Source: Octopus bimaculoides (taxonomy: Eukaryota). From it: 64,000 bases of DNA. The DNA lies in contig NC_068985.1 of NCBI RefSeq assembly GCF_001194135.2, forward strand, positions 44,281,372 to 44,345,371, read 5' to 3'. Below, piece after piece: positions 62,993 through 64,000 of the stretch; positions within the stretch are counted from its first letter, which is position 1, and every line of letters starts with the position of its first letter. Below the pieces are notes generated by a model. It saw only the letters and a list, made by a program, of their open reading frames with translations, searched no databases and was not told the DNA's origin. The position numbers and the translations under genes were made by a program.

Positions 62993-64000
62993 TTTGATTT
63001 CTAAATCAATCTATCTCAGCATTTAAAAAATTTTGTCTGTCTGTCTGATTGTCTCTTGTAGGATTTAAAACTTAGTCTTTGTCCTGTTTAGCATCTGATT
63101 CTAAAAACTGTCACCTGCTGTTAGTTTCGCATACCTGTGGAAATAGTTGAACTCACAATGAAGAACACAGAAGTTATAATTTATTTATTTTTTCTTTTAA
63201 ATTTAATCATTTAGTCAGAGACAGAAAGACTTGCAAGACCTGATGGGAGGAAGGACTCTTTAGACCAAAGATTAGGCCTGAATATTAGCAACAGAGTGGA
63301 CTCCACTCAGGACACTGCAAAACAAATGTTATAGTGATAAACCAAGAGGCAGATTAAGTCTACCATCTATGAACAGGAACAGTCCTTTTGAAGATATTCC
63401 ACACAGTTTCTGCCTACTAAATTTTATGAGCAATGCTTTGGTTGACTCAGGTCTAAGATAGTAGGCGTTTTCCAAGGTGGGATTGAACCTGAAATCATGA
63501 GTTGTAAAGTAAACTTCTTAAGCTTAAGATAGATATTAAATTGGCAGAGTCATTAGAGAATCTGACAGAATGCTTTGCAGTATTTGTTGCATATAAACTG
63601 TGCTTTGAGCTTGAATCCTGTGATAGTCAACTTTTGCCTTTCATCTTTACGGAGGTCAATAAAAAATACCAATCTAAAGAAGCAGATTGGCAGAACTATA
63701 AAGACATTACATCAGACACCTTGTGCATCATGAGTTCAAATTCCACTGTGACCTACTTGGGCGCCTGAGGTATTAAAGCACTGAATAGACTGCCATGTGA
63801 ATGTTGTTCTTAGTCTTTATGGCCCGAGTTTAAAACTTGCCAAGATCAGTTTCACCTTTCCTCCTCTTTGGAGGTTAATAAAGTATTAGCCAAGAACAGT
63901 GGACGGAGCATCAGAAAAGATACTGGAATAACCTGTTGCTTGGTTTAACACCATCATCTGGCACCCTGGGTGTTTTTAAGGAGTCCACATTGTTACAAGC

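Overview
AT-rich, microsatellite-dense animal genomic DNA with seven N-gaps. The SINE, RTE and Penelope repeat repertoire looks like a coleoid cephalopod, probably Octopus; this is inferred from recalled repeat families, not from a search. No complete gene is visible. The best host-gene evidence is one 102-nt plus-strand exon (31691-31792) with a WD40-like GH motif, so most of the window is probably intron or intergenic. The rest is decayed transposable elements: tRNA-derived SINEs (labelled families A-E here for convenience), RTE LINE pieces, R4/Dong LINE pieces, a Tc1/mariner relic, a Gypsy integrase fragment, MITEs and Penelope-like elements (PLEs). Almost all ORFs in the supplied track are artefacts of microsatellites or N-gaps. 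Main observations: (1) five minimal type-I hammerhead ribozyme motifs with palindromic helix III (one with a fully canonical core) plus a more damaged sixth, including one inside a complete TSD-flanked PLE insertion that also carries a tRNA-like Pol III head and a 5' inversion breaking at the ribozyme core; (2) an RTE 3'-UTR subfamily carrying an expanded 62-bp hairpin tandem array, present twice in opposite orientations; (3) several long perfect fold-back hairpins. All structures were folded and aligned by eye; nothing was computed.
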